NCBI GenBank assembly: GCA_024275095.1 | Contig: JAJRZV010000002.1 | Coordinates: forward strand, 1 to 49,468 | Length of the DNA stretch: 49,468 bases | Direction of reading: 5' to 3' | Source of the DNA: a bacterium | Lineage (GTDB): Bacteria > JAJRZV01 | In this document: piece by piece, positions 29,854 through 40,158 of the stretch | Position numbering within the stretch: the stretch's first letter is position 1 | How the letters are laid out: each line of letters begins with the position of its first letter | The notes under the pieces: model-generated | What the model saw: the letters and a program-made list of their open reading frames with translations, nothing else | What the model was told of the DNA's origin: nothing | Database searches by the model: none | Position numbers and translations under genes: made by a program

Positions 29854-31008
29854 ATGCGTTTTGAACTGACAGACCAGCAGAAAATGGTGGAAGAGACGGC
29901 AAGAGACTTTGCAAAAAATGAGGTTGCTCCTCGTGCGAAAGAAATTGATGAAAAAAAAGAATTTCCCGTGGACCTTATAAAAAAACTGGCGGAGCTGGGT
30001 TTTATGGGCATGATGGTGCCGGTGGAGTATGGAGGCGCAGGAATGGATACGGTTTCCTATGTGCTTGCCTTAGAAAATATTTCTGCAGCTTGTGCATCCA
30101 CCGGTGTGATTATGTCGGTTAACAACTCTCTTGTATGTGGTCCTATTGAAAAGTTCGGTACCGAAGAACAAAAGAAAAAATATCTCACTCCCCTGGCCAG
30201 AGGAGAAAAGCTCGGGTGTTTCTGCCTTTCAGAACCCGAGGCAGGAAGTGACGCAGCGTCTCAGAAAACACGGGCTGTGAAAAAGGACGGAGGATATATT
30301 CTTAACGGGGTTAAAAACTTTATTACCAACGGCATTGAAGCGGACGTGGCAATTGTATTCGCCATGACAGAACCGGAAAAGCGTCACCGCGGCATCACGG
30401 CATTTATTGTGGAAACTGACTGGAAAGGATTTACCATCGTGAAGGAAGAGGAAAAATTGGGGATAAGGGGCTCCTCAACAGCACAAATCGCCATTGAGGA
30501 TCTTTTTGTACCCGAAGAGAACGTTCTGGGCAACCCGGGCGAAGGGTTCAAAGTGGCCATGAACACGCTTGACGGAGGTCGTATCGGAATTGCGTCCCAG
30601 GCTCTGGGTATTGCCCGCGCCGCTTTTGAAGAAGCACTGGAGTTTGTCAACGAGAGACGTGCCTTTGGTCAGCGGGTGGTGGATTTTCAAGGAATACAAT
30701 GGACCATTGCTGATATGTCACTGAGGCTGGAGGCTTCGCGCCTTCTCACTCTCAAAGCGGCATGGTACAAAGACCAAGGCCGTCGCTATACCCTTGAGGC
30801 AGCGATGGCGAAACTCCATGCATCAGAGACAGCCATGTGGCTCACTACAAAAGCACTTCAGCTTCACGGGGGGTACGGATATGTGAAGGATTACAATGTG
30901 GAACGGCATTTTCGTGATGCCAAGATTACTGAAATATATGAAGGAACATCGGAAATACAACGTCTGGTGATTGCGAGGGAGACACTCAAGCTTTACAACT
31001 ATATTTGA
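29854..31008 (+). CDS. Acyl-CoA dehydrogenase (butyryl-CoA dehydrogenase-like)
   Basis: LSEPEAGSD, KNFITNG, LDGGRIGIA, HGGYGY, IYEGTSEIQR. Confidence 0.93.
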   Translation: MRFELTDQQKMVEETARDFAKNEVAPRAKEIDEKKEFPVDLIKKLAELGFMGMMVPVEYGGAGMDTVSYVLALENISAACASTGVIMSVNNSLVCGPIEKFGTEEQKKKYLTPLARGEKLGCFCLSEPEAGSDAASQKTRAVKKDGGYILNGVKNFITNGIEADVAIVFAMTEPEKRHRGITAFIVETDWKGFTIVKEEEKLGIRGSSTAQIAIEDLFVPEENVLGNPGEGFKVAMNTLDGGRIGIASQALGIARAAFEEALEFVNERRAFGQRVVDFQGIQWTIADMSLRLEASRLLTLKAAWYKDQGRRYTLEAAMAKLHASETAMWLTTKALQLHGGYGYVKDYNVERHFRDAKITEIYEGTSEIQRLVIARETLKLYNYI

Positions 31009-31035
31009 AGATATTTGAAGATTGACGCACAACAT

Positions 31036-31887
31036 TTAACGGTGTACAGCGATCCATCCTTCTGCATGGAAGGCGCCGGAAGGTGGGAGCGCAAGAGAAT
31101 TTGTAAACACTGCCATACCAGCGAACGTGCATATTACCGCGTCCAGTGCATCGGCTGATGCAAGCAGGACTGCTTCAAACTTGTTGATGTTCAGGCGTTT
31201 TTTCAAACCTGGTGTTTCTTCTGTGCCATTAAGAATTTTTTGTCGATTTTTAAAAGCCTGCTGGGAGGAGCCATTGTATTTTTTAAACGGAAGACCCCAC
31301 CGGGCAAGTTGTGCTGCAGGGAAAGCCTCGGCTAAAAAGGGCTTGATAAGAGGCTTGTTTGTTGAGATAGGCCAGACCGGAATTTTACTCCGGTGTATGA
31401 GTGTTGTAACAGCGGCTGTGAGACCTGCACCTCCACGCGGTCCTGCCCACAGGGGAGAGCGTGGAATGACCCCGTATTTCATCCACACTTTTTCCGTGTT
31501 GCGAAACAGCTTTTTGCCATGGAATCCAAGTTCGGGAGCAACGAGATTGACAAAATCAGGGCCCTTTGGAAAGGGTCGATCTCTGGGAATTATTTTACTG
31601 AGCAGTTCAAGCATAAAATGAAACTTCCTGGCAGGTACATAATTTTCGGGAATAGAAAATGGAGCATCTATCGCAGCAGCAACATAATCTCCTTTTTTAA
31701 GCATTTTTACCAGACGCTGAAAAGGAGGGTCACTACCTGGAAGTTTCTGCACGGGCATTATTGAGAGGAGTACCGGCTTGTTTGAGTTCAGCTCTGCTGC
31801 AGCAATCCATACTCTGGGCCGCAGGACGTTTTTTCTCCACATCCGGAGGTCAGAACTGAAATCTATACCCAGAAATATGTTTTTCAT
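31036..31887 (-). CDS. DUF429-like protein (predicted RNase H-fold nuclease)
   Basis: LGIDFS, AIDAPFS, AEAFPAA, DALDAVI, EGWI; start at ATG 31887 (MKNIFLG) rather than 32073. Confidence 0.75.
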   Translation of the reverse strand: MKNIFLGIDFSSDLRMWRKNVLRPRVWIAAAELNSNKPVLLSIMPVQKLPGSDPPFQRLVKMLKKGDYVAAAIDAPFSIPENYVPARKFHFMLELLSKIIPRDRPFPKGPDFVNLVAPELGFHGKKLFRNTEKVWMKYGVIPRSPLWAGPRGGAGLTAAVTTLIHRSKIPVWPISTNKPLIKPFLAEAFPAAQLARWGLPFKKYNGSSQQAFKNRQKILNGTEETPGLKKRLNINKFEAVLLASADALDAVICTFAGMAVFTNSLALPPSGAFHAEGWIAVHR

Positions 31888-32266
31888 ATTATAAAAATAC
31901 CAGGAATTGATCAGGAGGACATTCCCCCTTGATGTTTGCGATGGATTTTTGGGGTGTGGAATTTTTAATTTTCGACTTTTTGTGTGAAAGCTGGCAAAAA
32001 AACCTCCGGTTGTTGACGGAAATTGTTCAGCCGGCGGTTTGCAATGCTGGGCATGGGATCTACGAAGGAGCAAATGGAAAATTAATCCCTACACGGTTTC
32101 TTTTCTCAGGGAAGGAGCCCATTTCGGTGTTTTAATTTACAAAAAGGAGTTATCGTGAAGTTGTTTTGTAGAAAAAGGGGTTGACCTCAATCACTGGCAC
32201 ATTTCAGAATGTCTCTGGTATACTCAACAACACCGTTTGTTAGAACTAAAAAGAAAGGAGTGCCTT

Positions 32267-33529
32267 ATGGAAGTGGTAAAAAAAGCACTGGAAACAGTAG
32301 ATCCGGTTAACAAACGTATTATCGTGGAAGTTCCTATGGAAGATTTCAATCAGGTATTCGAAGAGGTTTTACAGGTTTTTGCTCGTTCTGCAAAAGTAGA
32401 CGGTTTCAGACCGGGAAAGGCTCCTGTTCCTCTGGTCAGACGCAAATATGAAAGTGAAATCAGGGAGAAAGCCGCTGATGAGATCATATCCCGCACCATT
32501 TTTGAAATTCTGGAAGAGTATGATTTACCTGCTGTGGAAGCTCCTGTGATTGAAGCGGTGGAAGAGAAGGACGGACGCTTTCGATATACCGCCATTGTGG
32601 AAGTAAAACCAGAATTTGAGGTTAGAGGCTATACAGGGTTAAAGCTCAAGAAAACGAAACGTGAAGTAAAAGATGAAGATGTAGAGAAAGTGATAGAAGA
32701 TGTGCGCAATCAACTGGCTGAGCTTGTGCCGCAGGAACGTCCGGCCAGAGAAAACGACGTGGTGGAGCTGGGCTACACGGGGTACGAGGGGGAAGAAGAG
32801 AAAGATAAGGTGGAACGAACGGTGATTGAACTGGGTAAAGGCCAGTTTCTCGAGGATTTTGAAAAGCACATTATTGGTATGAAACCCGGCGAAGAGAAAG
32901 AGGTAGACATCACATTCCCGTCCGATCATCCCAAACCCCAACTTGCCGGAAAGACATTTCGATACCATATTCGTATTATGAGGGTGTTTGAAAAAAAATT
33001 GCCTGAACTGAACGACGAGCTGGCTCAAAAGATAGCCAAGGTTGAAACACTGGATGAGTGGAAGAAGCAGATAAGGGAACAACTCGAGAAGCGGATAGAA
33101 AAAATGACCAGGGAAAGTTTGATTCAGCAGGTATTAGAAAGGCTTTCCAGTGAGCATAAGGATGTTCCCATTCCTCCGACACTGCTGAGACGCAGGTTCA
33201 ATGCCCTCCTGGATGAGGCCATGCGAGGTTTTTATCTCAGTCGCATAACCGAGGAAACCGCCAGGAAACTGCTCGACGTTGCAAAAGAACACGTAAAGAG
33301 AGATCTCATCTTAGAGCGAATTGCTGAACAGGAAGGTTTAAATGTCACAACAAAGGATGTGCTCAATTATACCAGGACGCGATTTCCGGATTTGAGTGGA
33401 TTGAGTGATGAGGACCTCGAAAATTTTCTCTGGGAGCGGGACCTGTTTCCAGAAATTGAGGAGCTTTTGAAACGTCAGAGAGCTCTTGATTTTGTACTGG
33501 ACAAGGCACAGATTAAAGAGGAGGGCTGA
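32267..33529 (+). CDS. tig: Trigger factor
   Basis: GFRPGKAP ribosome-binding motif, FKBP domain, RBS AAGGAG before ATG 32267, synteny with clpPX. Confidence 0.93.
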   Translation: MEVVKKALETVDPVNKRIIVEVPMEDFNQVFEEVLQVFARSAKVDGFRPGKAPVPLVRRKYESEIREKAADEIISRTIFEILEEYDLPAVEAPVIEAVEEKDGRFRYTAIVEVKPEFEVRGYTGLKLKKTKREVKDEDVEKVIEDVRNQLAELVPQERPARENDVVELGYTGYEGEEEKDKVERTVIELGKGQFLEDFEKHIIGMKPGEEKEVDITFPSDHPKPQLAGKTFRYHIRIMRVFEKKLPELNDELAQKIAKVETLDEWKKQIREQLEKRIEKMTRESLIQQVLERLSSEHKDVPIPPTLLRRRFNALLDEAMRGFYLSRITEETARKLLDVAKEHVKRDLILERIAEQEGLNVTTKDVLNYTRTRFPDLSGLSDEDLENFLWERDLFPEIEELLKRQRALDFVLDKAQIKEEG

Positions 33530-33530
33530 A

Positions 33531-34154
33531 ATGTTGATTCCCATTGTAATAGAACAAACGCACAGAGGTGAACGGGCATACGATATTTACTCCAGGCTTC
33601 TTAGAGATAGGGTGGTGTTCATCGGTACTCCTATCAACGATGACATTGCGAATCTCGTTATTGCCCAGCTGTTGTTTTTAGAGGCAGAAGATCCGGAAAG
33701 TGACATTTATCTCTATATTAACACGCCGGGTGGATATGTTACTTCTGGTCTTGCTATTTACGATACCATGCAGTATATCAAGCCGGATGTCTCGACCATA
33801 TGCATGGGGCAGGCTGCCAGTATGGGAGCACTTCTTCTTGCCGCGGGTGCCAAAGGAAAGCGCTTTGCTCTTCCTCATTCGAGGATTATGATTCACCAGC
33901 CTTACGGAGGATTTCAGGGGCCTGCCAAGGATGTTGAGATTCACGCGAAGGAGATACTCAAGCTCAAAGAAGAGATCGTAAACATTCTGGCACGTCATAC
34001 AGGTCAGCCCTCGGAAAAGATTGAAAAAGATATTGACCGGGATTTTTTCATGTCAGGTGAGGAAGCAAGAGAGTATGGTATAATTGATGAAGTGATAGTG
34101 AAACGTAGAGAGAAGCAAGAAGGGGGAGATGGTGAGTCAAAGAAGAAAGGATAA
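33531..34154 (+). CDS. clpP: ATP-dependent Clp protease proteolytic subunit
   Basis: [27 protein letters not shown]. Confidence 0.97.
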   Translation: MLIPIVIEQTHRGERAYDIYSRLLRDRVVFIGTPINDDIANLVIAQLLFLEAEDPESDIYLYINTPGGYVTSGLAIYDTMQYIKPDVSTICMGQAASMGALLLAAGAKGKRFALPHSRIMIHQPYGGFQGPAKDVEIHAKEILKLKEEIVNILARHTGQPSEKIEKDIDRDFFMSGEEAREYGIIDEVIVKRREKQEGGDGESKKKG

Positions 34155-35388
34155 CATTGGTACCATTCACTGTTCCTTTTGTGGTAAGAGCCAGCGGGAG
34201 GTACGCAAGATTATCGCGGGGCCGACGGTGTACATTTGTGATGAGTGTGTGAGTTTGTGTAATGAAATTATCGAGGATGAGTTCGAACGCGAAAGGCGCG
34301 CGGAGCTGAAGAAAAAACTTCCCACTCCGCAGGAAATCAAAAACCATCTGGACCGCTATGTGGTGAAACAGGATCACGCCAAAAAGGTTATTTCAGTAGC
34401 CGTGTACAATCATTACAAACGCATATACTACGGTTCTTCGGTGAAAGATGTTGAAATTCAGAAGTCTAACATTCTTTTTGTGGGACCGACGGGCACCGGC
34501 AAAACTCTGATTGCACAGACGCTGGCCAAGTTTCTTGATGTGCCATTTGCTATTGTCGATGCAACACCCCTTACTGAAGCAGGTTATGTGGGTGAAGACG
34601 TGGAAAACATCTTGCTTGCTCTTCTGCAAAATGCGGATTTCGATGTTGAAAGAGCTCAAAAGGGCATTATTTACATAGATGAGATAGACAAACTTTCGCG
34701 TAAATCTGATAGTCCTTCCATAACCCGTGATGTTTCAGGCGAAGGGGTTCAGCAGGCGTTGTTGAAGATCGTGGAGGGTACTGTGGCGAATGTTCCTCCC
34801 AAGGGTGGGCGCAAGCATCCTCAGCAGGATTTTATACAGATTGATACCACCAACATTCTTTTCATTGCAGGCGGCTCTTTTTCCGGGGTTGAGGACATTA
34901 TTATGAAACGCCTCAACCAGGGGGGTATCGGGTTTAACAAAGAACTGAGGAAAAGCAGTGACATGAGTATCGGTGAAATTCTCGAGCATATCAGGAGCGA
35001 AGACCTTCTCAAGTACGGTCTCATTCCGGAGTTCGTGGGCAGATTTCCCATCATTGCAACCTTCCATGAACTCACGGAATCTGATCTGGTGGAGATCCTG
35101 AAAAATCCCAAGAATGCGGTGACCAAGCAGTACCAGAAGCTGCTCGAGCTGGATAACATCCGGCTGACATTTACTGATGAGGCATTGCGGGCCATTGCGC
35201 GCAGGGCGCTGGAAACGAAAATGGGCGCAAGGGGATTGAGAAGTATTATCGAAAATATCATGATGGATGTGATGTTTGAGTTACCTTCGCTCAAGAGCGT
35301 GAAAGAATGTGTGATTCAGGAAGAGGTGATCACCAAGGGAGAAAAGCCCATTCTCGTATTTGAAAACGGGGCCACAACGGCCAACTAA
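34129..35388 (+). CDS. clpX: ATP-dependent Clp protease ATP-binding subunit
   Basis: CSFCGK zinc finger, [21 protein letters not shown] loop. Confidence 0.97.
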   Translation: MVSQRRKDNIGTIHCSFCGKSQREVRKIIAGPTVYICDECVSLCNEIIEDEFERERRAELKKKLPTPQEIKNHLDRYVVKQDHAKKVISVAVYNHYKRIYYGSSVKDVEIQKSNILFVGPTGTGKTLIAQTLAKFLDVPFAIVDATPLTEAGYVGEDVENILLALLQNADFDVERAQKGIIYIDEIDKLSRKSDSPSITRDVSGEGVQQALLKIVEGTVANVPPKGGRKHPQQDFIQIDTTNILFIAGGSFSGVEDIIMKRLNQGGIGFNKELRKSSDMSIGEILEHIRSEDLLKYGLIPEFVGRFPIIATFHELTESDLVEILKNPKNAVTKQYQKLLELDNIRLTFTDEALRAIARRALETKMGARGLRSIIENIMMDVMFELPSLKSVKECVIQEEVITKGEKPILVFENGATTAN

Positions 35389-35399
35389 GTGAGGTTGAA

Positions 35400-37853
35400 A
35401 TGGTTATCAGAGACGGCGGAGCAGGCAGGAGAGGGTCTGGTCAATCCATGAAACTCCCCATGATCCCTCTCAGGGATATGGTATTGTTTCCGTATATGGT
35501 GCAGCCTCTGGTTGTGGGAAGGAAAAAGTCCATTACTGCTCTCAACCGAGCTTAGAACAGCGATAAACTCATTTTTATGGCTGCGCAGGTGGATGCGGAG
35601 GAACAGGAACCTGTACCCGAGGATATTTTCTCCGTGGGTACTGTCGCTTACATTCTGGAGGTACTTCGTCAGCATGACGGTACCATACGCCTTGTGGTTG
35701 AGGGGCGTCGTCGTGCTCGCATAAAAAGATACGCTGAGACAGAAGATTATTTTCTGGTAGAAGTGGAACCTGTTGAGGACGTGGTGACACTGGACAAGGA
35801 AACCGTTGCGATGATGCGGGGGATAAAAAATGCTTTCGAGACTTACTCGAAGATAAACCCGAAGATTTCGAGGGACCTGCTGCAAAACATTCTGGAGATC
35901 AAGGAGCCTTCCAGGCTTGCGGATACTGTGGCCGGGTTTATTACAGCCCGGACTGAGGACAAGCAAAAAATCCTTGAAGAGAACGACGTGAAGAGACGCC
36001 TCGAACTGGTCCTGGGGCTTATACACGGGGAGATTGAACTCATCGAACTTGAAAAGCGTATCAGAGAACGGGTGAAGAAGCAGATGGAAAGGGCTCAAAA
36101 AGAATATTTCCTCAATGAACAGATGAAGGCTATCCAGAGAGAGCTGGGTGAAAAGGATGATATGAAAAATGAAATCGCTGAACTTGAGGAGAAGCTCAAA
36201 AACAAAGACATGCCTGAAGAGGCTCGTGAAAAGGTAAAGAAAGAGATCAACCGGTTGAAGATGATGGCACCCATGTCAGCGGAGGCAACCGTAGCACGAA
36301 CGTACATAGACTGGATGCTTTCACTGCCCTGGAATGAAAAGACGGAAGATAAATTTGATCTTGACGAGGCCAAAAAAATTCTTGACGAGGACCATTACGG
36401 TCTTGAAGAACCCAAGGAGCGAATTCTTGAATTCCTGGCAGTGAGATCGCTCGCAGGGCCAAAAATGAAGAGTCCTATACTCTGTTTTGTGGGGCCACCG
36501 GGCGTGGGTAAAACCTCTCTCGGAAAATCCATTGCAAGAGCAATGGGAAGAAAGTTTGTCAGGATCAGTCTCGGTGGAGTGAGGGACGAAGCTGAAATCA
36601 GGGGACATCGCCGGACCTACATCGGTGCACTTCCAGGAAAAATCATTCAGGGTATAAGAAAAGCGGGCTCGAGCAATCCCGTGTTTTTGCTGGATGAAAT
36701 AGACAAGCTGGGAGTGGATTTCAGGGGTGACCCGGCAGCGGCTTTACTCGAGGTTCTTGACCCTGAACAGAACAATTCTTTTCAGGACCACTACCTGGAT
36801 GTGGAATACGATCTTTCGGATGTGTTGTTCATTACCACAGCCAATATGATGCACACCATTCCCAAGCCACTACTGGACCGCATGGAAGTCATACGCATTC
36901 CCGGATATACCGAGGATGAAAAATATGAAATAGCAGTACGGCACCTTATTCCCAAGCAACTGGAGGTACATGGACTCAAGGAAGAGAACATCCGGTTTAC
37001 TCGACAGGCAATTCTCGAAATAATCAGGAAATACACACGCGAGGCCGGTGTGAGAAATCTGGAAAGGCAGATTGCATCCGTAATGCGTAAAGTGGCCAAA
37101 GAGGTGGTTTCCAAAGGCAAAGATTTGCGGATTAATATTACCCCTGCAAAACTTGAAAAGTACCTGGGTGTGCCCAAATACAGGCACAGCAAATCTGAAA
37201 AGCAAGACCTCGTGGGTATTGCCAACGGACTTGCCTGGACGGAGACAGGCGGGGAAATTTTGAGTGTTGAAGTGAGCATTATGCCGGGCAAGGGCAACGT
37301 GAAGCTTACAGGAAAACTTGGAGAAGTGATGCAGGAGTCCGCTCACGCTGCAATCAGCTACGTGCGCTCGAAGGCAAAGGAATTGGGCCTTGACCCTGAG
37401 TTTTATAAAAAGGTGGATATCCACATTCACGTGCCTGAAGGTGCAATACCCAAGGATGGTCCTTCTGCCGGTATCACGATGGTAGTGGCTGTTGTTTCAG
37501 CGCTCACGCGCATTCCCGTGAGACACGATGTGGCGATGACAGGTGAGATAACCCTTCGTGGTCGCGTTCTTCCTGTCGGGGGACTCAAGGAAAAACTGCT
37601 TGCTGCTGTACGGGCGGAAATTCCAAATGTGATTGTACCCGAAGAGAATGCGAAGGATCTGAAGGAAGTGCCGCGGCGGATACTGAAGCATCTCAATATA
37701 ATTTACGCTGACCACATGGACAGGGTTCTTGAGGAGGCCTTGAAAATTTCCTCTCCTGAAGAGTTGTGGAAGAAGACAGAGGATGATGAAACTGAAGAGC
37801 GGTCCGTGTATACTTCTCGTGAGGACCGCCCCGAGGATACTGTGCACCCCTGA
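35400..37853 (+). CDS. lon: Lon protease; true start at 35400 or 35448, with an in-frame TAG at 35553-35555
   Basis: Upstream in-frame [28 protein letters not shown] is the Lon N-domain start; [19 protein letters not shown] track recovers only 35577-37853. Confidence 0.93.
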
Positions 37854-37856
37854 GGT

Positions 37857-37928
37857 GGGCGGATAGCTCAGCGGGAGAGCGCCTGCCTTACACGCAGGAG
37901 GTCACAGGTTCGAAACCTGTTCCGCCCA
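37857..37928 (+). tRNA. tRNA-Val (TAC)
   Basis: GGGCGGATAGCTCAGCGGGAGAGCGCCTGCCTTACACGCAGGAGGTCACAGGTTCGAAACCTGTTCCGCCCA cloverleaf. Confidence 0.96.
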
Positions 37929-37975
37929 CCCCTTCCCGGATTTTAATGGTGGTTATGAATTTATCGAAGTAAAAG

Positions 37976-38329
37976 ATGATCAAAAAAGTAGTTTTCACAA
38001 TTAAAGAAGGTCCCTTTTCAGGAACATCACCCTATGCAGCGGTAAAAATGGCCCTTTCAGCGCGGAAGAGAGGAGTGGAAGTGGCGGTATTTTACTATTC
38101 GGAAGGGATTTTGTGCTTGAAGAAGGACCTGGCATCACGCAGCGAGACATTTTTTGAGTATCGCCTCAAGCTGGAAGCGCTTAAAAATGCAGGGATCAAA
38201 ATTCTTGCATGCAGAGCTTCTATGGAACTGCACGGCATGAATGAAAACGAGCTTGTTGATGGTGTCGAGGTCATTGCTTCGATAACCGACTTTATACTCG
38301 ACCCTGAAACACGTGTGCTGGCAGTTTGA
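37976..38329 (+). CDS. DsrE/TusD-family protein
   Basis: GPF...A..MAL, VAVFYYSEGI, conserved ACRAS cysteine, ~117 aa. Confidence 0.78.
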   Translation: MIKKVVFTIKEGPFSGTSPYAAVKMALSARKRGVEVAVFYYSEGILCLKKDLASRSETFFEYRLKLEALKNAGIKILACRASMELHGMNENELVDGVEVIASITDFILDPETRVLAV

Positions 38330-38347
38330 GAAAGAAAAAAGGTACCG

Positions 38348-38372
38348 GGTGAATGGCATTCACCAGCTTTTT
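38348..38372 (+). terminator. Perfect inverted repeat: terminator of dsrE and/or operator of the downstream operon
   Basis: GGTGAAT-GGC-ATTCACC followed by AGCTTTTT. Confidence 0.5.
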
Positions 38373-38524
38373 GAAGTTTTTTTGATTTTTTCGACAGGTT
38401 TTTGTCCCCCATGTTTCGTGTCATGAGCACGCCACGGTGAAACTGAACGTCGTTTTATTTTTACAGGTTCAGAGTATTTTAGTCTTGCAATGGTGTTGTT
38501 ACTATAGTAAAAATATGCGCAACT

Positions 38525-39709
38525 ATGGTATCAAAAGAAGCCCATACAAAGGTTGCGGTTGCCGGCGTATCGCAGGTGGGTTACCGCCGCATTACTGATC
38601 TGTCATTTCCCGAAATGATTTTTGAGGCCTGTCGCCTGGCCCTGGATGATGCAGGTGTTACGCCGGGACAGGTGGAGTGTGTGTTTTTTGGAAGCGGGCC
38701 GGAACTGTTCACCGGAGTAAATTATCCGGAAATGTGGTGTGCTGATGCATCACTTGGTCCTGGACGGCCCTTCATGCGTGTGCACACGGGCGGTACCGTG
38801 GGAATGAGTACCTTTGCTGCTGCGTATTATGCCGTGGCATCGGGAGAATATGATGTGGTGCTGGCGGTTACCGGTGACAAGCTTACGGAAGGTTCTGTTC
38901 AGGCAGGGCTTGCTGCTGTTGCTAACCCCCTGTATAACCGCCGTTTTTCAGCCGGTGCGGTGGGGGGAGCAGGACTGGGTTTTCGCGAGGTGATGCACAA
39001 GAAAGGACTTACTCTTCAGGATGCCACGGTGGTGGCGGTGAAACAAAGAAAAAACGCCCTGAAGAATCCTCATGCTCATCTGCACATAGAGGACATCAGT
39101 GAGGAAAAGGTGAATTCTTCGAAGGTGATTTCCGAACCACTGAGACTTCTTGATTCCTGTCCAACGTCAGACGGTGCAGCAGCCATGGTGCTTGTGAGCG
39201 AGAACGTGGCCGAGAAGTTAAAAAAGGATGTAGCGTGGGTGCTGGCCGTTGCGGGATGCGCAGAGGATTCCCAGTGGCCCGGCAGGGACCACGTAACGAG
39301 GCCGGAAGCATTGATACATGCGATAAGAAGAGCTTATGAACTTGCCGGTATAAAGAACCCAGCGGAAGAGATTGACGTGTTCGAGTTTTACGACCCTTTC
39401 TCTTTCATGGAGTACCTTTACTTGGAGTATTTTGGTCTTGCGTCCTCGCCCGAGGAGGCGCGCGAACTTGTTCACTCGGGTGCAACACGCATAGAAGGTT
39501 CCATCCCGGTTAACCCATCAGGTGGGGTTCTCTCTGCCAATACCATTGGGTGCGCGGCTATGGCACGGGCAGTGGAAGCTGTTCTTCAGGTGACCGGAAA
39601 GGCCGGGGAGCGCCAGGTCCAGGGCGCTCGAACAGCCCTCGCGCATGGATGGGGCGGTGCTTTCCAGTTTCATGTGGTGGCCATTTTTTCACGGGAGGAG
39701 CCAGAGTGA
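38525..39709 (+). CDS. Thiolase-fold protein, Ltp3-like (no nucleophilic Cys; putative aldolase)
   Basis: RVHTGGTVG replaces the Cys motif; YDPF; PVNPSGGVLSAN; AHGWGG. Confidence 0.85.
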   Translation: MVSKEAHTKVAVAGVSQVGYRRITDLSFPEMIFEACRLALDDAGVTPGQVECVFFGSGPELFTGVNYPEMWCADASLGPGRPFMRVHTGGTVGMSTFAAAYYAVASGEYDVVLAVTGDKLTEGSVQAGLAAVANPLYNRRFSAGAVGGAGLGFREVMHKKGLTLQDATVVAVKQRKNALKNPHAHLHIEDISEEKVNSSKVISEPLRLLDSCPTSDGAAAMVLVSENVAEKLKKDVAWVLAVAGCAEDSQWPGRDHVTRPEALIHAIRRAYELAGIKNPAEEIDVFEFYDPFSFMEYLYLEYFGLASSPEEARELVHSGATRIEGSIPVNPSGGVLSANTIGCAAMARAVEAVLQVTGKAGERQVQGARTALAHGWGGAFQFHVVAIFSREEPE

Positions 39710-40158
39710 GTGAACGTGTAGAACACTATCCGGGCAAGCTTGAGCTGCCGTATACATGGCATTATGGAAAAGTATTGTCCCGCTTTTTTGAAGGCTTGAA
39801 GAACATGGAATTTCTCGCATCCCGGTGTCCACGCTGCATGAAGGTGTCGTTTCCTCCCGTCCCGGTGTGCAGTATGTGTTTTGTCCCTGTGGAAGATGAA
39901 CTCATTTCCTTGGAACCCCGGTGCACTGTGGAAACCTATACTATTGTAAAGTTTACCTATCCCGGTCAGTTGATGAAGCCGCCCTATGCTGTAGCCATTC
40001 TCAAGCCCGCAGGAGCGCACACGCGGTTCCACCACCTGATCTGGTGTCCGAACCTGGAGACTTTGCACATCGGCATGGAAGTGGAGCCAGTATGGAGAGA
40101 GGAACGTTAAGGAGAATTCTTCGATATCAAGTATTTCACGCCGGTGGAGCAAAAATGA
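39706..40158 (+). pseudogene. DUF35 Zn-ribbon/OB-fold protein with in-frame TAA at 40108-40110 (may be a sequence error)
   Basis: GTG 39706; CPRC..CSMC; after TAA the frame continues GEFFDIKYFTPVEQK to a TGA overlapping the next ATG. Confidence 0.8.

Noticed and set aside
31001-31020. Tandem ATATTTGAAG x2 at the end of the ACAD gene
   Set aside because: Too short and AT-rich to be significant
31929-32135. 68-aa ORF upstream of tig and the 62-codon N-terminal extension of DUF429
   Set aside because: No RBS or recognisable motif; the DUF429 family motif begins at ATG 31887
25845-40158. Genome-wide reassignment of TAA/TAG to a sense codon
   Set aside because: TAA and TAG end many genes at expected C-termini (barrel Phe at 6252, clpX, hydratase), and the interrupted positions imply different amino acids
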